Part shown: positions 25,601-38,700 of the stretch, piece after piece | How the letters are laid out: every line of letters begins with the position of its first letter | How positions within the stretch are numbered: the stretch's first letter is position 1 | Assembly: GCA_903813345.2 (NCBI GenBank) | Contig: CAIIXF020000001.1 | Coordinates: 21,266,001-21,330,000 of the forward strand | DNA: 64,000 nucleotides | Origin: Owenia fusiformis | Taxonomy: Eukaryota | Direction: 5' to 3' | The notes under the pieces: model-generated | What the model was told of the DNA's origin: nothing | The model's input: the letters and a program-made list of their open reading frames with translations, nothing else | The model's database searches: none | Translations under genes and position numbers: made by a program

Positions 25601-28600
25601 TATTGCTCCTATATCAAACTTTGGTTAATTGTGTACAATAAAACATAATGTTTTACTACAGTATCAAATAGATACATGTACAAATGAATTCCAAAATAGG
25701 CAAGTAAAATAGAATCCCTAGAACATGTAGAACCACAATAGTTTTCAATAAATACAACATAAACCTTATTTTTATGTTGTAGGCAGGGGATATGCTAAAT
25801 ATTTTATTTATTTACCTTTGCTTTTTGCCTCATTTCAGACACCTGAGCTTGCTGTAGCCTCACCTGAGATTCAACAGAAATACCTGGCCAATGTGCAGTA
25901 TCTTCTAGGTCAAGGTAATAACATGAACTGGAAAATGTTGAAGTCTTTAATACAGGGTGTCCCGAAAGTATGCCCCCCTCCCTAGGCAGATATACATAGA
26001 TGTCCCCATAGTATGTGTCATATATCATTTTAAAGCTTTCCAAACTTACATTGATTTGCCAAGTATCATGGTTCAACTCACAAACGGGAAAAAGTTACAC
26101 GCATTTCAAAATGTAGTGTTTTACCAAAGTTTAGTTTTACACAAAATTAATGTTCAGCGTGTCTCCCTTGGCCATGTTAACAGCAGCAATTCTTTCCAGA
26201 TATGGCCTTAAATGCAATTCAAATAGGGGTATGGCATTTTTAAGGCATTTTAGAAGAGTTTCCTTGGAGTATCTGCCCTTACCGACCTCTTTTTACAACT
26301 CAATATCCATCCTCTCTTTGACGATTGCACCCATATTCATGGTCACATTCAGGTTAGGGGTGTTTCCAGGATACTGATTTTAACTTTAATTTTGACCAAA
26401 CACTAAGTTTTGAAATGTCTATAACTTTTTCCCATTTGTAAGTTGAACGATGATACTTGGCAAATCAATGTAACTTTGGATAAGCTTTAAAATGATATAT
26501 GATACATACTATGGGAACATTGGTGTATGTGTGCCTAGGGGGGGGCATACTTTCGGGACACCTGTACATGAATAGTAGATAGGGGCAGATCTGCAAATCA
26601 ATAGGAGGCGAAGATCCAAATTTTGGGGGCCATACCTGAAAATTTGAGCCCAGTTTCTTTGAAATAGCTCCATTAAAAATAATGCCCAGTAATACTTGTT
26701 TGTTACCTAAATTGCCCAATTTATGTGGAGAGAAGCAGATTTTGAGCCCTAAATTTTTTGGGGGGGCTCCTTCCAGTGCTGGAAGGAATTATGTCTGTAT
26801 ACTATTACTGTTAGACTGTAGGGTTACAGAACATTGTGTCTACAACAAAGCAAAATTTTTATGTGTAAGCATGTAAATGTGATGTCAGTCTTATGTATTA
26901 ATTATAAACATGTTATCTAAAAGGCTTTGTATAAAAAACCTCCTACCCACGTACCCTCGTACCCACGTACGTGGGTCCTGACCCAGTCTTTAAAGAGTTA
27001 AATTTTTAAATGTTTAAAACATTATTCAATCTCAGTTTATCCTGAATTATAGATGAATTTATGCATCCATATGCCTTCATTTATAGGTCTGACATCTCTC
27101 AAGTAAAATAAAATAAAGCCGGAATTGCATAAATGTTCATTATTTTTGAGCTATTTGATTTATGTTTTTGATATGTCGAAATGTTTTTTGTTGATCGGGC
27201 AGTCTTACCTGTATAACACATCAGTGCTGATTAGCAATCTCCTAGCCTTCGTCCAGTGCAATCCGTGCCTCCTGTTACCTCATGCAGATTGTAAATGTCC
27301 CGGGAAGTTTACCCTTGTCCAAAAGTTGACATCTTTTTAAAAATATATTTCTTAGAGTTTCCAACCAATTAAATTCACCACATTTTATTAGATGTTTATT
27401 TCAAATGTTATTAGAATTCATTCTTACGAATATTATACGTTATTAACGTATGTTAGTCAAAGATTTGGTGTCGTTGTTGTCCCGTATTCACGTTTTACGC
27501 GCAAAAAGCTAGAAACTACAAAGCTGAACTTTTATCATTCAAACCAGTTTTACATCAAATCATTGTCAAAATAAAACTATACTCTTCATATTACCTAATT
27601 ATGGATCAAACGGCCATGAATAATGTCGAAGTTTACAAAACCAAACTTACACTCCCCTGCATAAGTTTGGCAACTCTAACTTTTAATTCCATCTAAATGA
27701 TTCACTGAACTAGTGCGCACAATTATTCTTAAATTGTGCCAAAAAGCGATTAAAAACGAATATAGCGAATCCTTCTACTTTTCAAATATTTCGTTATTCA
27801 ATTGCGCCACGGTTAAACAGAAATGCAGCCTTTATTATTCCTTGAGATCGTGTGAATTGATCACTCTATCACTTTGTATCTCCAATTCTGATGTTAAATT
27901 AAATAAAAGACATAAGACAAATTACACGTATAGTTCAAATCTGTCGTGCAAACAATGAATACTTGTAATATCGTTTGAAAGAATAAAAAGTATATGTGAT
28001 AAAAATCGAAACTACAGGGTGTTAAAAAACAGGACCGATGAAAAGTTGAATAACTTCGTCAATCCAGAATCATCCAGGTCATTCAATGTGAATTTTGTTG
28101 TAAAAGTTTGACCATATTCTGCTCATGGAGTCAAAAACTACAACACTTTACAACACATGCCCCATGTGGCCAATTTGCGCCAAGCAATAGATTGGTTGTA
28201 CACTGTAAGACCAACGATCAACAAAAAATCGCTTCGATATATCAAAAACAACACTCAAATAGCTCAAATGAACATTATGGAATGCCGGCTTTATTTTATG
28301 ACGAGACAGATGTCCGATCTACAAATAAAGGCATATGGGTACATAAATTCATCCATAATTAAGCATACATTGAGATAGAATAATGTTTAAAAAATGTTAA
28401 AGATTTAACTCTTTAAAGACTGGGTCAGGACCCACGTACGTGGGTACGAGGGTACGTGGGTAGGAGGTTTTTTATACAAAGCCTATCTAAAATACTGAAA
28501 TTATGTAGTATCATGGGCTTTCAACTAGCTAATTGAAAGCCCGTGGTTGTATTGAGGAAGGTATGAGTATGCCGATTAACTTGTTTTAATATAAAGTCTT

Positions 28601-31600
28601 ACACATCTCATTATTCCAAACTTGTTATCATTTCAGGTCTTACACAACTCATTACTGATGTAACTGACATTGCGAAACACACATTAGAAAAGTAAGTTTT
28701 GTTCTTGTGGATATTTCCACATACTGAGCCCTCTTTGTTTTTCTTTGGAAAGCCCTATGGCAAATCAAAATCATACAATCTCATCATTACAGCACACAAT
28801 GTGCATTATATTATTAAAAAGTGATTGTACATAATGGGCTTTCAAGAGCTCTTGTCACATGTCTTGTCTTCAGTGATATTTTCGAGGAATTGTGTTCTAC
28901 TTTGAAAACATGCATTTCTGAATCAGCAAAATCCACATTAATATCTTATAATATCTGAAGGCTTACATAATTACTACTAAAGGTGTATAAGTGCAAGGTT
29001 GTAGCCATCAAATCTTTGGTACTTCATAAATACCTAGAATTGCACCATCACATTTTTAGATTATTTGGGGGTTTTTTGTAAAAAGACACTATTTAAAAAA
29101 ACATAATTGCCACAAAACCAACCTTTAATAATGTTACAAATTTCAGTATATCTCTGAAAGAAAAGCTGACATTTGTTCAGCTGAAGGAAGTTCTTCAGAA
29201 AGTACGTCACCAGATGGAATACAGACGTCAGAATGGATATTATGATGCTTCTGCGACATCATTGTGTAAATACATACTCCCAGAGGATATAGGCCATGAT
29301 GAGGTAGATAAGGGTTTTGCACCAGAAGGTTTTGGATACAGGTTTTATCATGAAGGAATTGTGCGGTCCCTCGAGATACACATACAAGGATAGTCCCTTG
29401 ATCTAAAACTCACTGTACAAAACAGATGTTCTTACCAACGGAGGCTCTAGATAGATTCCACCTTCTAACTAAGATTCAAAAATTTTCAAAAATGATTTTT
29501 TACATAAATTCCAATTTCAACAACTTCTTGTAAAAATGGTAAAAAATTCCTTTAGATTTTAAAGTATTTTTCAAAGAACATGGCGAAATTTTTTTTTTGA
29601 AATCGTCTTTAACAAATTGTGGTGTATAAATGGGATGGATATAGCCTGTATTTCGCGGACCTCTGCAATAGTGGGATAGACATAGAAAATATCCACTATA
29701 TCCTACTACTATAAAGAGAAGACTCATCCTCATTGATCAACATGGTTACAAAAGAATAACAAGTCTGTTGAATGACAGATTTCACATTGGCAGACTATTC
29801 AAAAAGTGTCAGCACATTATAGGAATTTCTATAGCTTTGAAATCTCCCTAATTTTGTTTTTTGCATGTGCTTTTAAGAGATTTGCATATTGTCGTCGTCT
29901 TGTGCTGTTGGGCGGGCAGGCGTGCGGGCGGGCGGCACATAAACTAAATCTTGTCATCAAATTTCCAGGATAACTGCTTACCTGTTCAACTCGAAATTTT
30001 TACAGATGCAAGAGCAGACTAGTACCAAGATCTGATTAGGTTAAGGGCATGCTGGGTAACTACGTGGCGGCCATTTTGAATTTTTCAACAAATCTTGTCA
30101 TCAAAATTCCAGGAAAACCACTTATCCGTTCAACTTGAAATTTTTTCAGATGCAAGAGCAGACTATTGCCAAGATCAAGTTGATTAGGTTTTGGGTATGC
30201 TGGCTGAATTCAATTTGGCGGCCATTTTGAATTTTTCAACTTGCTCCAAATTGACCAATTTTTTTTTTAAAAACATCTACAAGTTCTCAGAAGTTCAAAT
30301 CTGACCTTAGATTTCAGATTTGACCTTTCATTCACCTTCAGTGACCTTGAAAAGGTCAAAAAAGTTGCTTTTCTAAATTGATATTTTGGATTTAAATTTA
30401 GGTCAGCTTAATTACAAAACACCTACTGAGGTCTGAAAAAGTGAAATTTTCAAGGTCGAAGGTCAAGGTCATTAAACTAGGTCACAAATGATGTTATCCA
30501 AGTTTCTCAAAGTTTGAGACTACAAATCAATTCTTGTCATCAAAATTCCAAGAAAACCGCTAACCTGTTCAACTTGAAATTTTTACACATGCAATAGCAG
30601 ACTAGTGCCAACATCTGATTAGGTTTAGGGCATGCTGGGTAAACTACGTGGCAGCCATTTTGAAATTTTCAACAAATCTTGTCATCAAAATTCCAGGAAA
30701 ACAACTTATCCGTTCAACTTGAAATTTTTACAGATGCAAGAGCAGACTATTGCCAAGATCTGATTAGGTTTTGGGTATGCTGGCTGAATTACATGGTGGC
30801 CATTTTGAATTTTTCAATTTGGCGGCCATTTTGAATTTTTCAAGTTCCAGTTTTTTGATTAGTTCCAGTTGATACCTGTGTTGTTTATCCGAGTAATTGT
30901 AGAGCATTAAACTAAACGTTTGCGATTATTTTAGGCATGCTCCTTGTCAGTGGAGGAAAGGACCATGAACAAACTGATGAGGGAAACTACAGATATGGTG
31001 GAAAGGTAATGATTAAATGACCCATGTATACAGAGAGAACAATAATCCAACTTAGGGGTCGTCTTTCAAGTTTCAACACATTTTCCATTATTTGTTTCTA
31101 TGTCTTTCAAGTTTCAACACATTTTCCATTTTGTTTCTATGATACCACCCAACCCATGGAATTACTTTTTTTCCAATGTCTGAATGTGTATCTTATTTGG
31201 AAAACAAATAGGCTATGATTATTTTAATAAAAAGATGATGTTTGCATTCATTAGATGATTAACCAGTTTTTCCCCACCAACCATTAGCCTAATTGTGTGA
31301 AATTTAAGTTAAGATATAAGATATGGCGTTTGTATATTAAGAGAGGTGAAGCAGTCTCATTTTTCTTAACTAGATATTCTTTTTCATCAATCTCTAACAG
31401 ATCGACTAACCAAACAACCTTTTTGGGATTGTTGAGTTGGCGGAGAGGGCTTGAGCACCAGCACGTTCGAACTAGGCGAATGGTTGCCATAACCATGAGG
31501 TTATGAGTTCGAGACATGTGTGCTCCTTGTGTTATTCATCTATTTTTTAGAATCAGTTTTGTTCAGGATTCACAGAAATTATTCATCTTGTACAGAAGAA

Positions 31601-32952
31601 TCATGTTGATAAACATTAATATTTCATTGTTTTACTGAATAATATCATGAGAACATTAATTTTTAATTATTTCATGTAAACTAAGTATATGAATGTTTCG
31701 TTTTGTTTTCTTTATAGCGGTGACTTCCACTCTGTACTGACCAACTGCTTGGATTCTAGCTTCATCATGATATATCAGAAACTCCATGATTTCTACAGAG
31801 AAACAGAGTATGTAAAACTTTCTTATAATTATATTTATATAATTCATAGATTTATCAATAGATCAAAATCTTAGAAAAGTTCCATGTATGAACTCTTTTT
31901 CGATACCTCTTGAATGGCTTTATCAAAAGGGATTGTCAAGAAAAGGTCCACTTTCATATATTCTACCAATGTATTTTTCTGTCATTATGAAACTCTTGTT
32001 CTGAAGTTTCATATCAAGAGTTGAAACATTTTTATTATCTATTATTCAGCATATTTTAATCTTTGTTTTTTATTTCACAAAATATAAGAAATTCTGGATC
32101 TTGATTGAAGAGACTTTTTCACGAAGACATAATGGAAAAAATTAAGGAAGATAAAATGACAGCATATTTTGTAGTATTTAAACAGATAGGAGTGGGTCTA
32201 TTGTAGCCTTTGGATTTTCTATTGGTATGGAGCCGATATGTTGTTTGTATTGTATTGAGAGTCCATCAAACTGTAACTCAGTCTACTCCCAGACATGTTT
32301 TCAGGCATTTTGTGTAGGTACAACTGGTATTCAATCACTGCAAATATTCATTTCATGTTTTTTAGTGATGAATCCATTCCTCTAGCCAAACTTATCCCAA
32401 TGGTTAATAGTCTGATTCATACAACATGTGGGGATTCACCAAACTTCTTCATACAGGTGAGTAGTCACAGTGAGCTGTAGATTATTGTCAAGCTACGTAT
32501 AAGATACAGGGGCAAACCTGAATAAAGGATGACCTCAAAATAGTAAAACCCTTTTATGAAAATGTGGGCTCCAATTTGAGGCCCAGTTTTCCAAATAAAT
32601 AATTATCATTTGAGATCAATTGTAGGATTGGAAGCCATGCGTCCCACTTGTTTCCAGGCGAACTATTTGAAAGATTGATTCTTAATTTTCAGAGCTGTTT
32701 GTTTGCATAACAATCTAGAACTGAATATTTTTGAGCATTTTGGGTAACGGTGGCCATTTTGGATTTCCTGTCCTGAAATTTTGGCAAACCGTTCATTCCT
32801 TTATTTCAACACACGAATTCTGAATAATTTGATAAATACATGTAACTATATTAAATGCATGTCCTTTATTTCAGGAGATATTACTGATGGAACAAGTCAA
32901 AAACTTTGCTGCAAATGTTTATGAAGCCTTTAGCCAAGTATCTAAAGACTAA
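22633..32952 (+). CDS. PEX3: Peroxisomal biogenesis factor 3
   Basis: Exons 22633-22705, 23720-23804, 24649-24777, 24979-25022, 25339-25460, 25839-25914, 28637-28691, 29147-29303, 30935-31005, 31718-31807, 32366-32456, 32875-32952 in frame: [76 protein letters not shown]. Confidence 0.95.
23792..24503 (+). repeat. 48-bp minisatellite, 15 copies, starting inside PEX3 exon 2
   Basis: Unit AGCTCATGCAAG|GTATGATATGGGGGAAAGGTAACAATACTTTTGCAT. Confidence 0.95.
25953..26564. mobile_element. Tc1/mariner-like MITE
   Basis: TA-CAGGGTGTCCCGAAAGTATGCCCCC... with ~170 bp inverted arms, TA on the right. Confidence 0.85.
26923..28483. mobile_element. Young non-autonomous Mutator/Merlin-like DNA transposon
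   Basis: Perfect ~80 bp TIRs GGCTTTGTATAAAAAACCTCCTACCCACG...; perfect 9-bp TSD TATCTAAAA (26914-26922, 28484-28492); no long ORF. Confidence 0.9.
29865..30845 (-). mobile_element. Helentron/Pearl-like element with internal tandem subrepeats
   Basis: (GCGG)n microsatellite then repeated blocks TCTTGTCATCAAAATTCCAGG...GGCGGCCATTTTGAA. Confidence 0.55.
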
Positions 32953-33219
32953 AGGGACTCACAACATCTAGAACATTAAATCATTATAAAAGTGAGACAT
33001 ACACAAAGAAATAGAACAGCAATTGTGAATGATATGGATTTACAAATCAGATCCAGTTATTTTGGATATAAGCTATACAGTATTTCTATTTTTATATAAA
33101 AGGAGATTAGAAATGCTCCTCATTTGATGTGTAACAGCTTTGTTGACTTAAAAATTGACATGCACATCAAGAAGTGAAATTAACAATGCTTGTTAAACAC
33201 CAAAAAGTAGTGACTTATT

Positions 33220-33790
33220 GTTATGGTCTCCGTTTTTTGTGGCAACGGTTGGCAATTGGCGGTTGACGTCTGTAAAAAATTCTTAAGACTTTTAATAACT
33301 TAACAAATACTGTTTAGACTGACGTCAATTTTTTCGAAATCATCAACAAGTTTTCAGAAGTTTAAATCTGACTTAAGGTAAAAACGGGTCAAAAAGGTCT
33401 CTTCAACTTGCTTCAAATTGACCTTTTTTCAAAATCATGTACATGTTATCAGACGTTCAAATCTGACTTTAGATTTGAGATTTGACCTTCATTGACCTTT
33501 TCAAGGTCAAAAATGTCTTTTTTCAAATTGACCAATTTTTTCAAATTATGTACAAGTTATCAGAAGTTCAAATCTGACTATAGATTTGACCTTCAATGAC
33601 ATTCTCAAGGTCAAAAAAAGATTTGAACTTCAGTGACATTCTCAAGGTCAAAAAGGTCTTTTTTCAACTTCTTCAAATTGACTAATTTTTTTTCACAGTC
33701 ATCTACATAGTTCTCAGAAATTCAAATCTGACTTAAGATTGAACTAATAATATTATGAGCAACTAGTTGGTGACATTTTGTCATGTTGAT
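33220..33790 (-). mobile_element. Helentron/Pearl-like element (TGACCTT/AAGGTCA subrepeats)
   Basis: Repeated GTTCAAATCTGAC...TTGACCTT blocks; end sequences recur at ~40865 and ~49935. Confidence 0.5.
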
Positions 33791-34251
33791 GGTTTCAATA
33801 CAGTAATTAATGGTTTCAATACAGTAATTGTTTCAATACAGTAATTGACATTATGATAAGGCTAATCTGGAATGTAATCAAGTCAATGGGAATTTTGAAA
33901 TAAACTTGAATTTACAAGTATTTTTCTTAGATATTTGATAAAAGGAAAAATCATCACTTTATATAATTTAAAGTGACCTTTTTTTGTTACTGGTGTTTAG
34001 CGGTCAGTGTTCAGCATTCTGCGACGGAATGTTGCACTTTTGTAACCATTCACAATTTCTTACCAGGTAATGACTGAATGACATGTGTACGTTCAGTTAA
34101 TGCTTTGTTTGTCATACTGAACATAGTACGTACTTGAAAATGTGGCAAAGATTCTCCTGGGAGAAATATTCAGCCATGTTGTTTAATCAATAAAGTGTAT
34201 ATAAGCCTATTATATGTAATGTACTGTTTTTTACCTTCTATATATCACTTA

Positions 34252-34602
34252 CAGCCCATTTCACTGTTTTATTTCGTCAGTAGAACGCCAAAAATAAGAA
34301 ATCAGGAGACCATTGTGCAATAATTATACATTTGTATATTTCAGATTATTTAGTTTTTTGTGCACTAAGACTATGTCCTCTTGTAATTTAAAGAATTTTA
34401 GCCATGTTAATCTTTTTGAAAATACTATGGCAGAGAAGCAACAAAATATAAGAGGCCACATACTTCATTAGCCAAACTAGAAGCAATCCAAGATATACAA
34501 ATGTCATTTATGTACAATAGAAATATATTTTCTATATATTATTGCACAATGATCTTTGATTTTTTAGGTTTTACTGACGAAATAAAACAATGAAATGGGC
34601 TA
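34252..34602. mobile_element. MITE
   Basis: AGCCCATTTCACTGTTTTATTTCGTCAGTA...TACTGACGAAATAAAACAATGAAATGGGCT inverted ends. Confidence 0.7.
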
Positions 34603-35784
34603 TATGTTTACATCAGTTAAAACATCACATCACTGTTGGATATTCAGAAACTAAATGGTGGAAATATTTGTAGTGAATCACACAAGTGTAAACCACGAGG
34701 ACCATAATTCTACAAATTCATTAAAATGTGTGGATAACACTTCTTTTGGACTGAGTATTTTTACTGTGAGCACATAATGACATGTTATAAATATCTAAGC
34801 CGTTTGGGTTAGATTGATTCAATAATCAATTTTATAATGCCTATAAAGATGTTTCAGGTTTGCCATTTGAGCAATATCTTTTACAAATGCAGGTGAATTA
34901 TTTGCATCTCGCTTTCTTGTTTCTGTGGAATATATTTTATGCTCTCTTTATACAATGGGTATCCAAATTAGAAAGAAAACCAGAAATTAACCACGATGAT
35001 GCCATATAACTTCTGCAAGACTTAAGACTAAGTTACCTTTATGACACCCAAAAAAACTTAAGACATTCATCTAAAACATGTGAGAATGACAGTCCATTAA
35101 TGCAAGTGATAACTGAGATATAGCTTATTTCAAGGGTTCATTTTTTGGACCACCATGTATAAAATTTGAACCAAATCCATCAAAAGATTCGACTTATCAA
35201 AGATCACGTTTTTTACGAAAAATGGCTGCCTCTTTGAATTGAGCAGGCATTTTGGAAACTTCTCAAGCAGAGGTTCTATACCCATAAGACATACGCCTAT
35301 AAAATTTGAATAAAATCCGCTAACCGGTATTTGAGTTATCGCACGGACAAATGGACGGACAGACCAACGGATGGCTATATCCCCCGAACTTTATTGGGTG
35401 GGATAATTATGAAAACAAGGAATGCATGAATCGTTTCACTGAGTCATGTGAATAAATATTTTGAAGTTTATATATTGATTATAATTCATTATACTGAAAT
35501 CTTTTATTGGGTCTTCTTATGTAGGCTAATAGAGAAATTAAACTTTAATATCTGACTATGTTATACAATCAACTTAGAATTGGTTTTTGCTATGAGTATC
35601 GTAAAAATAATCTAAATGAAAACATGAGTACTCATACACCGTGTCATACCTATGTGAAAAGAAGAAATGAACTATATTGGCACATTACAATTAAAATGAT
35701 TATAAAATGAAAAATAAGTCCTCTATGATATTTCTCTTGGTTTCACCTTTTTTGAAGATGTTTGTGTTTTTTGATAGTCTTGCT

Positions 35785-38700
35785 TTATTGTTGTATGTTG
35801 TTGTTATCATTTTGATCCAAGTGACTGTAAAAACGGTTCTGTGACATTTTGCTCCTTCGGCTTCTTTGAGAGCTCATACTGATTCTCCTTTCAACGTCTT
35901 CCTTGGAATTTTTTTTACCTTTAAGGATAAATACAATGATAGCAACAAGGACAACCAGGACTCCTACACTAACACCGACAGCTATCACCTTAGAAGAGGC
36001 ATCCCCAACTGGATCTGACTTCATTGGAGGGACATCCCGCTGTGCACTCGTGCTAGGGGCGGACAATGTCTCTTCCACAAGTGTTTTAGACACACACCTA
36101 TAGCCAAGGACACTGTTTGGATCTGCTTTACATGTTTGTTCAATATCAGGGCATGGATTTGTTGAGCATGGATCAAAGCTTGTTTCACACATGTCTCCTT
36201 TAAATGATGGCGGGCAGCTACATTTAAGTCTGTTATTGTCAACAGAACATGTGCCACCATTTCTACAGAAGTTGTCGGAACATGTCAGCACTGTGGTAGG
36301 TGCCAAAGTTGTTGTTGGTGATGGTGATGTCATTGCCGTTGTTGGTGGTGGTGTTGTTGTTGTTGTGGTAGTGGTGGTGGTGGTGGTGGTAGTAGTGGTA
36401 GTAGGGGGAGTAGTGGTTGTTGTTTCTTGGTCGTGTCGTGTGCCATAATTTGGCCAAACCTCTTTAAATATTTTGAGGATTTTCAACTTACAGCCTTCTT
36501 CATCTTGTGATGGCTTGCAGCCATTATCTAAGAAGGACATTTTCATGGCATATCTTCGATCCCTCCAATTTTTTTTTGTAGAAAGGGTTTCCATTGTCCT
36601 TTTAAGCAGTGAAATACATTCCCCTGATTTGTTCGGAAGCGTCGGATTTGCAGAACAATACCTTTCGAGACGCTTTACCAGATCAGTTTCAGCCATCTCC
36701 CAATCTAAAGGTATTTCCACGATGATAACATCGACAGGTCTTTCACATAGTACACCTTCAAATGCGGGCAGGCAGAAACATTTAATTCCAGCAGTGTTAA
36801 TAGAGCACGTGCCGCCATTTCTACATGTTGTGGCTGTACACATTGGTGGTTGAGTATTGGCACTGGCTGGTCGTTCTGCTGGTAGACTACGGCCATATGA
36901 GCGCCAAAGTTTTTTAAATATTTTAAGAATGTCCCACTTGCAGCCTGCTTCATCTGCTGATGCTTTGCAACCTCTATTGAAAAAGGATGCTTTGATTGCA
37001 TTCCTACGATCCTCCAGCCTTCTGTGTTCAGAGGCACTTTTTATTGTTTCCTTAAGTAGTGGCATACAGTCCCCTGAATTGTTTGGAAGAATCGGTTTTG
37101 TAGCACAATACTGATCAAGAAGTTGAATCAATTTTGCTTCATCATCGTCCCAAGCAACTGGCATCTGAAAATTTGCTTGTTTACCATAATCATTAAATAC
37201 TTTGAGGCATGCATCTCTCTCTCTCGCACCTGGTCCATCTGGTTTTGAAAAATGTGCAATCGTTTTGAAGCAGTCATGCTTAATCATTGGTTGAAAAACA
37301 AAGATTGTTTGAAGCTGATGATCTTTGAATTTTATTGCAAATTCTGCCCCTTTAGTAATCCAGCTCTCACACTTTGCCATGAAAAGTTGAACGTTATTTG
37401 CGTATTTTGGCTTTTCATGACAATATTTTCTCATAACTTGCATTCCTGTTACTATTCTTCTATTGGCCGCTGCGAAATTAGCTGTTTCACATTCCTTTCC
37501 TTCATATGGTCTCGGGCAGAAGCATTTAGCTCCATCAGTGTCAAGAGTGCATGTGCCACCATTTTTGCAGTAGTTAGTACAAGATGGCGCTGGGGTAGGG
37601 GCACCTGGTCGCAATTCGGATAGTTCTATTTCAGGCTCAAAACGCTTCCAAACTTTTCTCATTATTTTGTAGACATCCCAGATACATGCTGCTTTTTCTG
37701 TGGCATCTGGTAATGGCGTACAACCTCTATTGACGAAGACATCTTTGAATTGACCCCTACGATGCTCCAAATTTGTTCTTTTGTTAGCTTCTTTCATTGC
37801 ATGCTTAAGTAGTGAAATGCAACCACCCGCTCTATTCGCAAGTATCGGGTTTGAGGAACAATATTTGCTGAACCCTATAATCACATTCTTTTCATCCTCA
37901 GACCAACGTACAATCTCTGTATTTCGTTTTCTAGCAGCATCTCCAAAGAAGGCCAAACAGTTATCTTTTTGTGGTTTTAAATACTTACTCAAACATTCCT
38001 TCATTATCATTTGATATAACAAAAAGCCACGCTTAATTTGTGAATCTGTGAACTTTGCAGCTAGCCTCTTTCCTAGCCTTATTTGATTTTTGCAATTATG
38101 TTTTTTGATGCGATTATTTCTCCATGTCGTTGTACAATACCTTCCCATATCTGCCACTAGAGAATTATAAGAAGCATCTCGTTTGACACGTTTCGGAGAC
38201 CTCGTAATTTTTGTGAACATAGTCTCGAGAACGCGGTTTGTTGAGTAGTCCTTATGTGGGTGAGGTAGATCATTGCAATTTATAGTCTCCTTATTCTTCG
38301 TTGTTATGGCTACAAAAAAACATCATTGTGTTATCAGAAACAAGTCAAATTCTTTACTTCAGAGAATATTTTTAATTTAAAAAACATCATTGTGTTATCA
38401 GAAACAAGTCAAATTCTTTACTTCAGAGAATATTTTTAATTATCATTGTGTTACCTTATGTGTCCATAACCATTTCATTTGTGTATAATTTCAATCATTG
38501 ATTAATATCATCCACTTCAACTTATAAAGTGAACTTTTCAAAATGTATCAGCCATCATTTAAACTATTTAGATATCATACATACACACAACAGTGCGTAT
38601 AAAAAACGCAAAAAGATTTTTCTCGGAAAAGCACAAAACCAGTGATAACAGCATTGATTTCATCCAATGCACCATAAAGCCATGAGTCTCCTCTTTACAG

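Noticed and set aside
36191-36448. Poly-Val ORF on + strand (and His-rich ORF 36263-36457)
   Set aside because: Antisense/alternate-frame shadows of the Thr-rich stalk
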